A program made the position numbers and the translations under genes. DNA of 64,000 nt. Source: Mytilus edulis. Lineage: Eukaryota. Shown here piece by piece: positions 22,675 to 36,099 of this stretch; position 1 is the stretch's first letter, and every line of letters begins with the position of its first letter. Below the pieces are notes generated by a model. That model saw only the letters and a list, made by a program, of their open reading frames with translations. It had not been told where the DNA came from and did no database searches. The stretch covers positions 44,206,001-44,270,000 of the forward strand of contig NC_092344.1 of NCBI RefSeq assembly GCF_963676685.1, written 5' to 3'.

Positions 22675-23804
22675 TTTAAATTGGCGTGGATTTAGTGTAA
22701 TAAAGGTATCAAAATACTGAAATTCACGCCTTATATAGTGATATGGCTGCTACGGACTGTTCCAATAATTGATGCTCAAGGGTGGAAAGTTCAAATAAAG
22801 GCTTTCTTACACAATAAAACAGTACATTATTGAACAATCTCCCCTTTTCATTAATGGTAACTACTCTTACAAACGGTAAACAAAGTATTTGGTTGTACTA
22901 GGGCATTTATCTTATAAGTTTACCGTGTTGCCTTTTAACTGTGGTGTTTACCGTAACCATAAACTTTTACGATAAAGGTTTGCCGTAACCCAACAAGTCA
23001 TTATACAGTTCAGTTTACCGTTTCGTCGTATGCAATAATTACCACAGCAAGCCAAATGTAAACCGATGAAATCATTTTCGTTTTAAAAGAAGATATGTGT
23101 TACCAATATATTTAAGTTATTGGGATTAGAACACGATTCCACAAAATATATAACTATGGACTGACCATAAATTCTTGTTTACTGTAACCACATGAAATCG
23201 GTTACAAAGCCGATTCTCAAACCTTCAATACAAAGAAAGTTAGAGGATTGTTAGAGAATAATAGTCAACTTGTTTTCCATTTCTCCCCAAACCCATGAAC
23301 CTCCGGCTGTAATTTTAAAATGCATTCTTGTTTACCGTAACCGCTCAATATATTAGTCCCATAATCCCATTATCACAATTAGAATATCTTATGTTATCCT
23401 TATAAGCTACAGCTTGCTTTGTTACGGGATTGTGCGGTGATACGGTAAACTAGAATAACAATTAATGAATAGACTAAGTCGTAGCTTGCGCCTTCTAATT
23501 TTCTGTTTCTCTGCATTCAAGGTTTTTCGGAAGAAACCATTTTTAATTCACGTCACAGTAAGTCTATTAATGAAAATAGAATGAGTTTGTTGAAACAAAG
23601 AAGATGGGAAGATGAATGGAATATAAAATTGATTGATACAATTATGTTTACCGTACCCTTATATTGTATCGGATAAAGGTATGCTAAAGGAAAATGTTTA
23701 CATGGTTTACCGTAACAATCGAATGGACAAAAAAAAAAGCATCCTTGAAATCGCAACAAGCTCCTACGACGGAGCCTGTTGTGATTTCAAGGATGCTTGG
23801 GTAT

Positions 23805-24542
23805 CTAAAACTGACTCAAGGCAAGACGGACTGAGATGGCATCAGCACGTTTTTCAACAGAGGGTTCAAGCATAGAGGAGACAAGGGATTTTACGATGTC
23901 GCTAGTGTTTTCGGGGAAAGAGAGGGTGTTTGAGAGTTGAGCTTTGACCATAGAGGTTGCGTCACTATCGGAGAATGGGAAAGCTCCGAAGAGCATGACG
24001 TAGAGCATAACTCCCATACTCCACATGTCGGCTTTCATGGTGTTGTGTTCCATTCCCATAATAACTTCGGGGGCAGCGTATGGGAGGGTTCCACAAAATT
24101 CTTCAGATTCGGCAACAACAACGGTTGATTTGGCAAATCCAAAATCGGCCAGTTTGACACATCCATTTGATAACAAGACGTTTTCTAATTTAATGTCATT
24201 GTGGGCGATTCCGTTTAAGTGGCAGTATTCGACTGCTTTGACAACTTGAGAGAAGACAGATAGGGTGGCTTCAACGGACATGAGGCCGTTTTTCATTATG
24301 TATTCAAAAACATCTCCGAATTCAGCGAATTCCATCAAAACGAAGGCAAATTCTTCGGCTTCGATGATTTCAATGGCTTCGACAATGTTTTCGTGTTTGA
24401 GGCTGAGGAAAGCTTCAAACTCAGTAGAGGTTTTGAGGACTTTTTTAATTGCAACTTTACCGAATACTTCGCTAGAGGCGGAGAAAACTTCTTCAGTTAG
24501 GGCTACAACGTTTGAAAGTCCACTGTTCAATAAAAATTCCAT
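23805..24542 (-). CDS. Array kinase copy 10
   Basis: Identical 245-aa translation. Confidence 0.92.
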   Translation of the reverse strand: MEFLLNSGLSNVVALTEEVFSASSEVFGKVAIKKVLKTSTEFEAFLSLKHENIVEAIEIIEAEEFAFVLMEFAEFGDVFEYIMKNGLMSVEATLSVFSQVVKAVEYCHLNGIAHNDIKLENVLLSNGCVKLADFGFAKSTVVVAESEEFCGTLPYAAPEVIMGMEHNTMKADMWSMGVMLYVMLFGAFPFSDSDATSMVKAQLSNTLSFPENTSDIVKSLVSSMLEPSVEKRADAISVRLALSQF

Positions 24543-25540
24543 TTTAAATTGGCGTGGATTTAGTGTAATAAAGGTATCAAAATACTGAAATTCACGCCTT
24601 ATATAGTGATATGGCTGCTACGGACTGTTCCAATAATTGATGCTCAAGGGTGGAAAGTTCAAATAAAGGCTTTCTTACACAATAAAACAGTACATTATTG
24701 AACAATCTCCCCTTTTCATTAATGGTAACTACTCTTACAAACGGTAAACAAAGTATTTGGTTGTACTAGGGCATTTATCTTATAAGTTTACCGTGTTGCC
24801 TTTTAACTGTGGTGTTTACCGTAACCATAAACTTTTACGATAAAGGTTTGCCGTAACCCAACAAGTCATTATACAGTTCAGTTTACCGTTTCGTCGTATG
24901 CAATAATTACCACAGCAAGCCAAATGTAAACCGATGAAATCATTTTCGTTTTAAAAGAAGATATGTGTTACCAATATATTTAAGTTATTGGGATTAGAAC
25001 ACGATTCCACAAAATATATAACTATGGACTGACCATAAATTCTTGTTTACTGTAACCACATGAAATCGGTTACAAAGCCGATTCTCAAACCTTCAATACA
25101 AAGAAAGTTAGAGGATTGTTAGAGAATAATAGTCAACTTGTTTTCCATTTCTCCCCAAACCCATGAACCTCCGGCTGTAATTTTAAAATGCATTCTTGTT
25201 TACCGTAACCGCTCAATATATTAGTCCCATAATCCCATTATCACAATTAGAATATCTTATGTTATCCTTATAAGCTACAGCTTGCTTTGTTACGGGATTG
25301 TGCGGTGATACGGTAAACTAGAATAACAATTAATGAATAGACTAAGTCGTAGCTTGCGCCTTCTAATTTTCTGTTTCTCTGCATTCAAGGTTTTTCGGAA
25401 GAAACCATTTTTAATTCACGTCACAGTAAGTCTATTAATGAAAATAGAATGAGTTTGTTGAAACAAAGAAGATGGGAAGATGAATGGAATATAAAATTGA
25501 TTGATACAATTATGTTTACCGTACCCTTATATTGTATCGG

Positions 25541-25731
25541 GATTGTGCGGTGATACGGTAAACTAGAATAACAATTAATGAATAGACTAAGTCGTAGCTT
25601 GCGCCTTCTAATTTTCTGTTTCTCTGCATTCAAGGTTTTTCGGAAGAAACAATGCTTAATTCACGTCACAGTAAGTCTACTAATGAAAATAGAATGAGTT
25701 TGTTGAAACAAAGCAGTTGGGATGATGAATG
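25541..25731. repeat. Partial extra copy of the unit's distal spacer (245-bp period), diverged in its right part
   Basis: GATTGTGCGG... at 25296 recurs at 25541. Confidence 0.9.
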
Positions 25732-26113
25732 ACGTATTGTTTATAAATAGTATTTGTGTACCTCATTTTGAGGCGCATTAGGGATATTAACCGGCCATCT
25801 GAAAGTCAACTATTTACTCAAATTTCGTGGTTTTAATCGAGGACGTATATTATGTTTGTTTTACCTCCTTGTTATAATGTAAAAAAGGTATTGAAATAAA
25901 AACAATATTGAAATTCAAGCCGTTATATGCATTGCCTTATCCAAGTCTTGTTTGAACGGGGTGAATGATTTCCATTAATCCTTTCTCGTGTAAAAAAAAA
26001 GTACAGAAATGTTACTTCCCCATTTCAATTGTTTCAAAATAGATTTTATGGCGTGATACCTTCAAGGGTAGTCGCCTTTAAAATAAGATCATTATAAGAT
26101 TATTCGTGTTTCA

Positions 26114-26402
26114 GGCTCGTGGTATAGGGTTATTGCATCGGACTTCTAACACTTAAGATTCCTGAATTTTCTGTTCTCCCTTGACACCATTTGCGAGTAT
26201 GGTCTTGAGGAAACGATGATAGTCCGTCGGGAGGGGACGATAAATGGTTGTCCCGTGTTAAGAGAGAGACATATCACTTGCACGTGAAAGACATCCTTGT
26301 AGGTTTCGAAAAAGATTAGGCTAATTTGCCCCGCAAAGTGGAAAGGGATTAATATAAGTTGCAATAACTTGTTTCCCACTCCACTCTAAATAAATATGTT
26401 TT
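26114..26402 (+). mobile_element. tRNA-derived SINE fragment with a Deu/Nin-like central domain
   Basis: A-box-like GTGGTATAGGGTT head; GTCCGTCGGGAGGGGACGATAAA...CCCGTG...GCACGTGAAAGAC core resembles the Deu/Nin domain (from memory); 3' tail CTTGTTTCCCA.TCCACT.TAAAT recurs at ~60200. Confidence 0.5.
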
Positions 26403-27660
26403 AACTAAAGCGGATCATTTAATAGCTTCTCTTGCAATCGGTAAACAGAGTCTAAAATGTAGTACCAGGTTGTGTTCAATATCGTTGCAGTTACGTAGCT
26501 TTTGCTCGGATCATTCAATCTAGTCAGACTTTCCGCTAATTAGTTCTAGATAGCCCAAACATTCATTCTATATACATGTCGAGGTATTGGATCCATTAGC
26601 TCTAATGTCAGCTGATATAAATGTATCTTTATTTTCAATAGTATTTTGTTTGAGCAGAGACGGTATCAGGTCCGTTCGCGCCCAATAAACTTTCGTTTCT
26701 GGTTTGAGAATGCCATGTACATTAAAGGTAAGCTTATGGTGCGAGAACAACATGTTGTAGTGTATTTTTTAAAGAACAGTAACTACTGATTTAAAAAAAA
26801 ATCACCTGCGCTGTTTCAATAGTATTTTGACTATGAGGTGTACCACTTATGACAGAAATTATATCAACATTATAGAATACTTCATCAGCTTCAATTATTT
26901 TATATTGAATAGGTCTTGAATTCAGTTAGAGTCTTTACCGCTAATCAATTGGATGTGTACTGATTGGTCTTAGATGTATGTTCATGACGTCTATACACTA
27001 AATCAATTGGATGTGTACCGATTGATATTTTACTATTAGATGCATGACCTTTTTATTAGTTGCTATTGGTGAACTAGCTGTCCAGAGGCGGATCCAGGGG
27101 GTGGTAACCCAGTGCCGGTCAGTTACTTGTTTTTGGTATGGAAATGTATATAAATACCATGCCACGCCGTCCATTCTGGGTTTTTTTTGTTCTTTGTTTC
27201 AATCTTCCCTTTAGTTTGTTCTTATATTGGGCTGTAACACCACGGGGAGGATTGAGTGCCAACAAACTAGTTTCATCACATTCTATATGTTCCTGTCCCA
27301 AGTCAGGAGTCAGTGGTTGTCGTTTGTAGCTGTATACCATAATCGTTTTCCATTCATTGTTCTGAATTAGGTCGTTAGTTTTTCTTGTTTGAAATGTTTT
27401 ACATTTATCATTACAGGGCTTTTTATAGCTGACTATGTAGTGTGTTTTTTTCACATGACTGAAATCTGTAATTGACATATAATTGTACAATTATATGTCA
27501 TTTGGTTTCTATTGGAGAGTTGTCTCATTAGCAATCATACCACATCTTATTTTTACAAATTCAGACATACTTGTTTTTTAACCTTTTTAAGGTGGATTAA
27601 ATCACTGAATTGTCTTAATATTTATAACCAAACCTCATATTTGAGGTATTAAACTTAAAA

Positions 27661-27948
27661 AAATAAGAATGTGTCCATAGTACACGGATGCCCCACTCAC
27701 ACTATCGTTATCATGTTCAGTGGACAGTGAAATTGGGGTCAAAACAATTTGGCATTAAAGTTAGAAAGATTATATCATAGGGAACATGTGTACTAAGTTT
27801 CAAATTGCTTGGACTTCAACTTCATCAAAAACTACCTTGACCAAAAACTTTAAGCTGAATTGGGACAGACAGACGGGCGGAGGGACAAACGAACGAAAGG
27901 ATGCACAGACCAAAAAAAAAAACCTAGTCCCATAAATGGGACATAAAT
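27661..27948 (-). mobile_element. Short HINE-type non-autonomous element
   Basis: AAGAATGTGTCC.TAGTACACGGATGCCCC end, GACA/GACG microsatellite, CCCAT..ATGGG hairpin at the other end. Confidence 0.5.
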
Positions 27949-29356
27949 AGTTGAAATAAGACTGAAAACTATTTGCTTGAAATACACTAACCACATTTTG
28001 TAGACAAAGAAAAAACAACAGAAACTAGAGGATGAAAACCATGTTCCTGGAAAAGCCAAAAAAAGATTTAACAAGAATGCACACACTGTGATGAGTCACC
28101 TTCTTTACTCAATAATATTTTATCATCATTATCTGTTACATGACGGTTTTACTACAATCATGCATCAGACATACTTAGCATTACCAATAATCCACAAAAA
28201 ATGAGGTCAAGGTCAAATGAACAAACTGTTCAGTGGAGTCTACTGTTTCTTGGTATGCAAGGTATATAAAGTAATAAAACAAAGGGTAACCACAGTTTTC
28301 ATGTTCTATGAGGATATCTGCTTCCAAGTTATTTTAAATGGTATGTACTAGGATGAAATTACAGATTATAAAATTGAATGGAGACATCTTTGTTCTGAAC
28401 CTACAGATGAACAGTCAGACAGGAAAAGGTGACAAATATATAATCCCAAATAATTTGGGGGGAGGCATTTCACTATTGAGGCGTTCTTAGACACAAATGC
28501 ATTAAGATGGAGTAACACGAAAGAAAAAAAGACAGAAAATTATTTCATGGATTTATTCATGATTTGATCTTATCGTGATCATCTGAAAGACTTTCGTATG
28601 TAAATGTTGATAAATACAGATATTACATGATAGCATCGAGATTTAAAGTCAGGGGACACAATCATGTGAATTTTTTATTATTAAGATATTACATCTTTAT
28701 AACTAAATTCATCTAATTATTAACTTCTCGAATCTCATTTTAACACATATATACTTCAGTAAATTCTTCTGAAGGGAATTCTCACTGGCTGCTGCCTAGT
28801 ATTTATTGCATACATAATTCCTAGCACTTTTGAACACATTATTTCATGTTCTAATATATACATATACCCACAAGGTAAAATACATATTTATCACATTCTA
28901 ATGAAACATATTTTAAATGTATTCAATATAAAAAATTATATACCCACATTCATGCATGCACTTACACACAAAAAAGTCTCAACTCAAATTACATGACTGC
29001 ATGGAAATCTTGATCAATAGAGAACTATTCACAATGCAGATTTAAGTAATGGTAATTAGAAATTGAAAATGTGATTGTGGCATTCATTGTGCACATAACA
29101 TACCAATAATACCATCTTCATGTATTGGCTGATAAACAAAACAGCATTTTTCTTTACTTTTAGTGAAAATTATTGAATAAGATTGTGTTTTGAGAAGCAA
29201 AATAATAACTTATTTGCCAAAGTCATAATTTATTACAGATACTGGTATACTTGGCTAAATTGAAATATGAGTAAAAGAATATTTGGAGCACAAGTCAATG
29301 AGAACAAGGACGTATATTATTATGTTAGTTATACATCCTTGATGAGAAGCAAAAAA

Positions 29357-32250
29357 CTAGAGGCTCTCAAGAGCCTGTGTCGCTCACCTGTTACTGTATT
29401 TACTGATGTCGGCCATCTTGGGTGGTAGGCGGGATCATTAGACACTTTTTTTAAATAGATACCCTAGTAATGATTGTGGCCAAGTTTGGTTAAATTTGGC
29501 CCATAGTTATAGAAAAGAAGATTTTTGTACAAGTAACAAAAATGACGAAAAGTTGTTCAATATTGACTATAAAGGGCAATAACTCCTTAAGGGATCCTCT
29601 AATAATTTTGATCATGTTGACTTATTTGTAGATCTTACTTTGCTGAACATTATTGCTGTTTACAGTTTATCTCTATCTATAATAGTATTCAAGATAATAA
29701 CCAACTAGAGGGTGTCGCTCACCTTGGTCTTGTGCATATTAAATAATGGACACGGATAAATTCATGACATAATTGTGTTTTGGTGATAGTGATGTGTTTG
29801 TAGATCTTACTTTACTGAACATTCTTGTTGCTACAAATATCTCTGTCTATAATGAACTTGGCCCAGTAATTACAGTGGAAAATATTTTCTACAAATTTAC
29901 AAAAATTTATGAAAAATGTTAAAAATTAACTATAAAGGGCAATAACTCCTTAAGGGGTCAATTGACTATTATTTTGCTGAACGTTATTGCTGTATACAGT
30001 TTATCTCTATCTACAATAATATTCAAGATAATAACAAAAAACGGCAAAATTTCCTTAAAATTACCAATTCAGGACAGTAACCTAACAACGGGTTGTCCGA
30101 TCCATGTGAAAACATCAGGGCAGATAGATCTTGACCTGATAAACAATTAAACCCTGTCAGATTTTCTCTTAATGCTTCGGTTTTTGAGTTATAAGCCAAA
30201 AACTGCATTTTACCCCTATGTTCTATTATTAGCCATGGCAGCCATTTTGGTTGATTGGCCAGGTCACGCCACACATTTTTTAAACAAATTACCCCAATGA
30301 TGATTGTGGCAAAGCTTAGTTTAATTTGGCCCAGTAGTTTCAGAGAAGAAGATTTTTGTAAAAGATTACTAAGATTTACGAAAAAATGGTTAAAAATTGA
30401 CTATAAAGGGCAATAACTCCTTCAGGGGTCAACTGACCATTTTGGTCATGCTGACTTATTTGTAAATCTTACTTTGCTGAACATTATTGCTGTTTACAGT
30501 TTATCTCTATCTATAATAATATTCAAGATAATAGCCAAAAACAGCAAAAGTTCCCTAAAATTACCAATTCAGGGGCAGCAACCCAACAACAGGTTGTCCG
30601 ATTCATCTGAAAATTTCAGGACAGGTAGATCTTGACCTGATAAACACTTTTACCGCATGTCAGATTTGCTCTAAATGCTTTGGTTTTTGAGTTATAAGCA
30701 AAAACCGCATTTTACCCCTATGTTCTATTTTTAGCCATGGCGGCCATCTTGGTTGGTTGGCCGGGTCACCCCACACATTTTTTAAACTAGATATCCCAAA
30801 GATGATTGTGGCCAAGTTTGGATTAATTTGGCCCAGTTGTTTCAGAGGAGAAGATTTTTGTAAAAGATTTACGAAAAATGGTTAAAAATTGACTATAAAG
30901 GTCAATAACTCCTAAAGGGGTCAACTGACCATTTTGGTCATGTTGACTTATTTGTAAATCTTACTTTGCTGAACATTATTGCTGTTTACAGTTTATCTCT
31001 ATCTATAATAATATTCAAGATAATAGCCAAAAACAGCAAAAATTCCCTAAAATTACCAGTTCAGGGGCAGCAACCCAATAACGGGTTGTCGGATTCATCT
31101 GAAAATTTGAGGGCAGATAGATCTTGACCTGATAAACAATTGTCAGATTTGCTCTAAATGCTTTGGTTTTTGAGTTATAAGCCAAAAACTGCATTTTACC
31201 CCTATGTTCTATTTTTAGCCATGGCGGCCATCTTGGTTGGTTGGCCGGGTCACGCCACACATTTTTTAAACTAGATACCCCAATGATGATTGTGGCCAAG
31301 TTTGGTTTAATTTGGCCCAGTAGTTTCAGAGGAGAAGATTTTTGTAAAAGTTAACGACGACGGACGACGGACGACGGACGATGACAGACGACGACGACGC
31401 CGGACGCCGGACGCCAAGTGATGGGAAAAGCTCACTTGGCCCTTTGGGCCAGGTGAGCTAAAAACTGCAAAATTTCAAAGATATAAAGCAAAAACTGCAT
31501 TTTACCACTATGTTCTAATTTTAGCCATGTCGGCCATTTTGTTTGGTAGGCGGCGTCATCGGACACATTTTTTAAACTATATACCACAATGATAATTGTG
31601 GCCAAGTTTGGTTAAATTTGGCCCAGTAGTTTCAGAGAAGAAGATTTTTGTACAAGTTGCAAAAAATGACGAAAAGTTGTTAAAAATTGACTATAAAAGG
31701 CAATAACTCCTTAAGGGGTTGACCGACAATTTTGGTCATGTTGACTTATTTCTAGGTCTTACTTTGCTGAACATTATTGCTGTTTACAGTTTATCTCTAT
31801 CTATAATAGTATTCAAGATAATAACCGAAAACTGCAAAATTTCCTTAAAATAACAAATTCAGGGGCAGCAACCAAACAACAGGTTGTCCGATTCGTCTGA
31901 AAATTTCAGGGCAGATAGATCTTGGGCAGATAGATCTTAACCTGATCAACAATTTTACCCCACATCAGATTTGCTCTAAATGCTTTGGTTTCAAAGATAT
32001 AAGCTAAAAATATACATTTTACCCCTGTGTTCTATTTTTAGCCATGGCGGCCATCTTGATTGGATGGCCAGGTCATCGGACACATTTTTTAAACTAGATA
32101 CCCCAAGGATGATTGTGGTCAAGTTTGGTTAAATTTGGCCCAGTAGTTTCAGAGGAGAAGATTTTTGTAAAAGTTTACGGACGACAGACGCAGGACGCCG
32201 GACGCCAAGTGATGAGAAAAGCTCACTTGACCTTTCAGGTCAGGTGAGCT
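29357..32250 (-). mobile_element. HINE-type element with a second family member nested inside (29705-31459)
   Basis: Two CTAGAGG...GTCGCTCACC termini (29357, 29705); two (GAC/GGAC)n + AGCTCAC...GTGAGCT hairpin termini (ending 31459, 32250); internal long tandem repeats. Confidence 0.8.
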
Positions 32251-32934
32251 AAAAACAACATCTACAGATTAACATTAATGCAGTGCAGTTGGTATTACAT
32301 GTATTTTTAAAAGTTGCTAATTTTTTTTACATTAAAATTGTTTTGTAGACAATTTGTCTATTTATTTCATACATGCCATACAAAGGCAAGTGCAAAAATA
32401 TAATCAAATGCCTCCAATACTTGAACACATACAGAAAATTAATTCAAATTTAGTACATCAGGTATCAATATTTTACAAACAACCATTTAAAATTATGTAT
32501 ACAAAATAAAATCTCAATTTATACATAGTAGATAATCTTAAACAAAAATAAACAATGTTTTTTTTTTGCTCAAACGATAACTTTATAAAACAACATGCAG
32601 TCTATGTAAAATAGCAATAGAAATTTATCACAGAGTTCTATAACCAGTTTCATACTACTGTCAAGTAAACATTTTAAATTTGATTATGGGTAGCTTGTCT
32701 TCTTGTTTCTCTCCACATAACTGAAACTAATACATCTCACTTCAATAGCGAGAGATGGAAATTTATCATACAGGAAGATCAAACAGAAAATAGCAATAAA
32801 TGCAATCATATAAAGACTGAGTCATTATTTATACTTTTAAAAAAATCAAAAAGGTATCACAAATGTTGAAGCAATGACTTAACTAACAGACCTGATAAGA
32901 TAAAATATTTTGCCTTTATGCAAGAAAAAATATA

Positions 32935-33139
32935 CTGTAAATTCAGAAATTATTGCAAGGTTTTTATTATTGCGAAAAATGCGACAGAGTTGTAAAAGCA
33001 ATATTAAAACTCGTATTTTATAATATTTTATATGAATTAAACAGGATTTTTCTCAAAATCATAAAAATTAATATTGCATTTAAGTCTCAAATGACAAAAT
33101 TGCAATAATAAATGCACGCAATAATTTCTGAATTTACAG
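32935..33139. mobile_element. MITE, Tc1/mariner-like
   Basis: TIR CTGTAAATTCAGAAATTATTGC / GCAATAATTTCTGAATTTACAG; TA on the left; second copy at 44545-44748. Confidence 0.8.
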
Positions 33140-33376
33140 CAGTTAAATTCACTGACAGATTGAGTTATATTGAGTAATTAAAACTAAAATATAGATTAAT
33201 TACATTTAATACTGGAGTTTTGCACAGTTTCATGATATCATCTCATCATGCAGACTTTTAATTTTAGCCCTATCTTTAACAATATTAACCCACAAAATTA
33301 CCAATAGCGTAAATAATCATCAAAAACCATTATATGTTTGTCTACAAAAAATCAAATAAGAATCTCATTCCAACTA

Positions 33377-33517
33377 TCATTTAGCATATTGCTGAAAGAA
33401 TGCTATCTTAATCTGTTCTATATGATGGCACAGTTTAATGGCAGGACCTAATTTGAGTTCTAAGTATTCTTGTACAGTAGGCAGTGTCAAAAGAAGCAAC
33501 GCTTGGCCATCAATTTC
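33377..33517 (-). CDS. SFMBT1: SFMBT last exon (SAM domain C-half)
   Basis: [46 protein letters not shown]-stop, closely resembling the vertebrate SFMBT1/2 C-terminus. Confidence 0.93.
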   Translation of the reverse strand, partial: EIDGQALLLLTLPTVQEYLELKLGPAIKLCHHIEQIKIAFFQQYAK

Positions 33518-34390
33518 CTGTAAAAAAGGATTACAAAATATATATAAAAGGTTTCTTTATCACAAAGTTTAAGCAAATATTCGGTGAAAAAGTCAAATGC
33601 AATTTGAAAATGGGATTAAATTAAGACCATAAGATTGTACAGTCTCAATATCCGTTGGGTAGCCATCTTTTTGTTCAACAAGGAGCAACGTGTATAAACT
33701 AAGAAATGAGAAAATTAAACTTAAAAACTAAATTTAACATGTTTTGCTGCTACCCAATGTCCCAAATCCTAAATTTTTCACATAACTGATAGTAATTATA
33801 AAATTATACATTATGTGTGCAGATATCCTTTATTCAAGGAGTAAATTTTGCAAAATCCCCTGAATAGACTAAAATTTAACTAAAAGTAACAAGCTTACTC
33901 TCAAACAAACAATTTTAAAAAGGCAAAAAACTTCAAAATCTGCTTTCATTGGAGATACAGTGGTTTCATTTATGTTACATGATATGGCAAGAATAAAACA
34001 TTGAGAACAGAAATTCAATGAGTGTTATTGAATTCAAAGTATCTTAGCTTGTAAATTTGCAGATTTTACTTTGTGATGAGTATGAAGATGTTATTATCAT
34101 AAACTGTATTGTTCTAACTAAATTGCTTTCAAATATAAATTAGCAAAATTATCATCTAATATGCAAGACATCAATTTAAAGCACAAAAATACGGTTTTGA
34201 TCCTAAAGTATATCGAGAGCTCTTAAACCAAAACTAAACATCTTGTTAAAAAAATAAGGAAAGAACATTGTCAAATTACTTAACTATTGGTGAGTGGGTG
34301 TCAACAAATCATCAGTAAACAAAACTACCTAAGATTTCTTAATTCCAATTAACAATTTTGAAGATTGGTTGATAAACTAAGGATAAATAC

Positions 34391-34564
34391 CTGTTCTCTG
34401 AATAGCCTTGCTACTGGAGCACATTCTGTTCCCTTTATAAAGCCAACAACTTCTTGAACTGACCAATGCAGTGGGTTACTGCTAAGTTTCATGGCATTCT
34501 TTATAGGTGAGGTATGGGGAGATGTCTGTTTTTCTTCTTTTACATGCACATGGTGCTTTTTATG
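34391..34564 (-). CDS. SFMBT1: SFMBT exon (SAM domain N-half)
   Basis: SNPLHWSVQEVVGFIKGTECAPVARLFREQ; AG/GT, phase 0-0. Confidence 0.9.
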
Positions 34565-34778
34565 CTGAAACCAGATTGTTTTATAAAAGATATAAAATTC
34601 TTAAATTGAAAAAAAAAGAGATATAGCAGTGTTCTTACATTGACATTAATACCATTATAAAGATAAATAACAGTGCAAATGGAATGGTATTTTGCCTAAA
34701 TATCATTTTTTATTCTAAAATGTGAGAGCTAAACCTAGCTTGCCAACTAAAGAACTCCATACAATTTTACAAAATAAA

Positions 34779-35226
34779 ACAAGGGTAACTGCGAGCTACT
34801 GCTCACTGATGATACCCCCGCCGCAAGTTGATAATGTTAAAAGTGTAAAAAGATGTAAGTGTTTGGTAAACAGGAAGATGTAGAGTGATGAATCTAAAAA
34901 CGCATCACACCGTATAGCTGACATATATAAACTCTGAAATCAAATTTTAGAAATCCTTTTATTGTAGATCCTAAGAAAAATGTGAAGAAAATTTCTACTC
35001 GGCTATTATGTGTAAAATCATACATGTGTTCGGTATACAGGAAGTCGTCGAGTGATGAATCTGAAAACGCATCACAAGGTATAGCTGACATATATAAACC
35101 CTGAAACCAAATTAAAAATCCTGGCATTGTAGTTCCTGAGAAAAATATTCATGGGAAAGACGGACTCACAGATGGATGGACAGACAGGTAAAACAGTATA
35201 CCCCCTTTTTTAAAGCAGAGGTATAA
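34779..35226 (-). mobile_element. HINE-type element (family of 41006-41826)
   Basis: AACTGCGAGCTACTGCTCACTGATGATACCCCCG terminus; GGAC/GACA repeats and TATACC...GGTATA hairpin at the other end. Confidence 0.75.
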
Positions 35227-35716
35227 TAAGCAAGACGTGAAACAACTGAATGAAAATGAAAGAATCTAGTTTTTTTTAATGTAAAAATATACAAAGATAT
35301 ACCCATTTTCCTCCTTTAAAAACCCATAGTTTTCTCGACTCTTTTTTTATGCTTGTAGATAATGAGCTGATTGTGTGGTTTACAAGTCTATTTCAGGCAG
35401 TAATAGAACAAGTTTAAAATTAAGAGTTATGACCCTTGGATTTGAAAGTTGTACTTTTTCAGATTATTAGTTTATGTTTGTAAACATTGAAATGAATTTG
35501 TTTCCAACATAGAAAATGGTGAGTTACAGATCCAAGTACTGATTTGGTTCTGAATAACCTACTTATCACAAAATTACAGAGCCTTTCCATCATTCTAAAG
35601 GCACACAGTGCCATATCATTCTAGTAATAAAATAGAATATGTCAAACATGTAATTGATAATTGATCAGACCAATAGTAACATACAAATGGGTCATGTTGA
35701 AAGACCCTCTACTTAC

Positions 35717-36099
35717 AGGTTTGTTATGAGTATGATGCTTGTCTTGCACTGGAATCTTCTTATGCGTTTTTCTCTCAAAACTATATTTCGGTAATTTTGC
35801 TCCTCTTGTTTTGATTTCTGAAGGCAATGGAATATGGTGAACATATTTCCTTTTTAATGTTGGATCACCATTATATTGATTTTCTCCACTTTCAATTGTT
35901 TTAGTTTCACTAGATACGCTCTCTTTGTCCTCGTCCCCGTCAGCAATGCTACCATTTTCTTCTGCATTTGTCTCCCCTTCTTGGGTAAGAATTTTCATTC
36001 GTTTCTTCTTTTTCTTCTTTCCTGGCTTTTTGGGACCATTTTCTAAGTTTGTATGACCGCCAGGTGGTCGGCCCACTTTCTTTTTTGGATTATAATATG
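35717..36099 (-). CDS. SFMBT1: SFMBT exon (basic/acidic linker)
   Basis: YYNPKKKVGRPPGGHTNLE...; phase 1-0. Confidence 0.85.

Larger units (their letters stand above)
3994..25540 (-). repeat. Tandem array of a 1867/1868-bp kinase-gene unit (10 complete ORF copies + 1 partial copy, interrupted at 4621-6867)
   Basis: ORF ends at 6995, 8862, 10729, 12597, 14465, 16333, 18201, 20069, 21937, 23805. Unit junction TATCGG at 3994, 8725, 10592, 12459, 14327, 16195, 18063, 19931, 21799, 23667, 25535. Confidence 0.98.
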
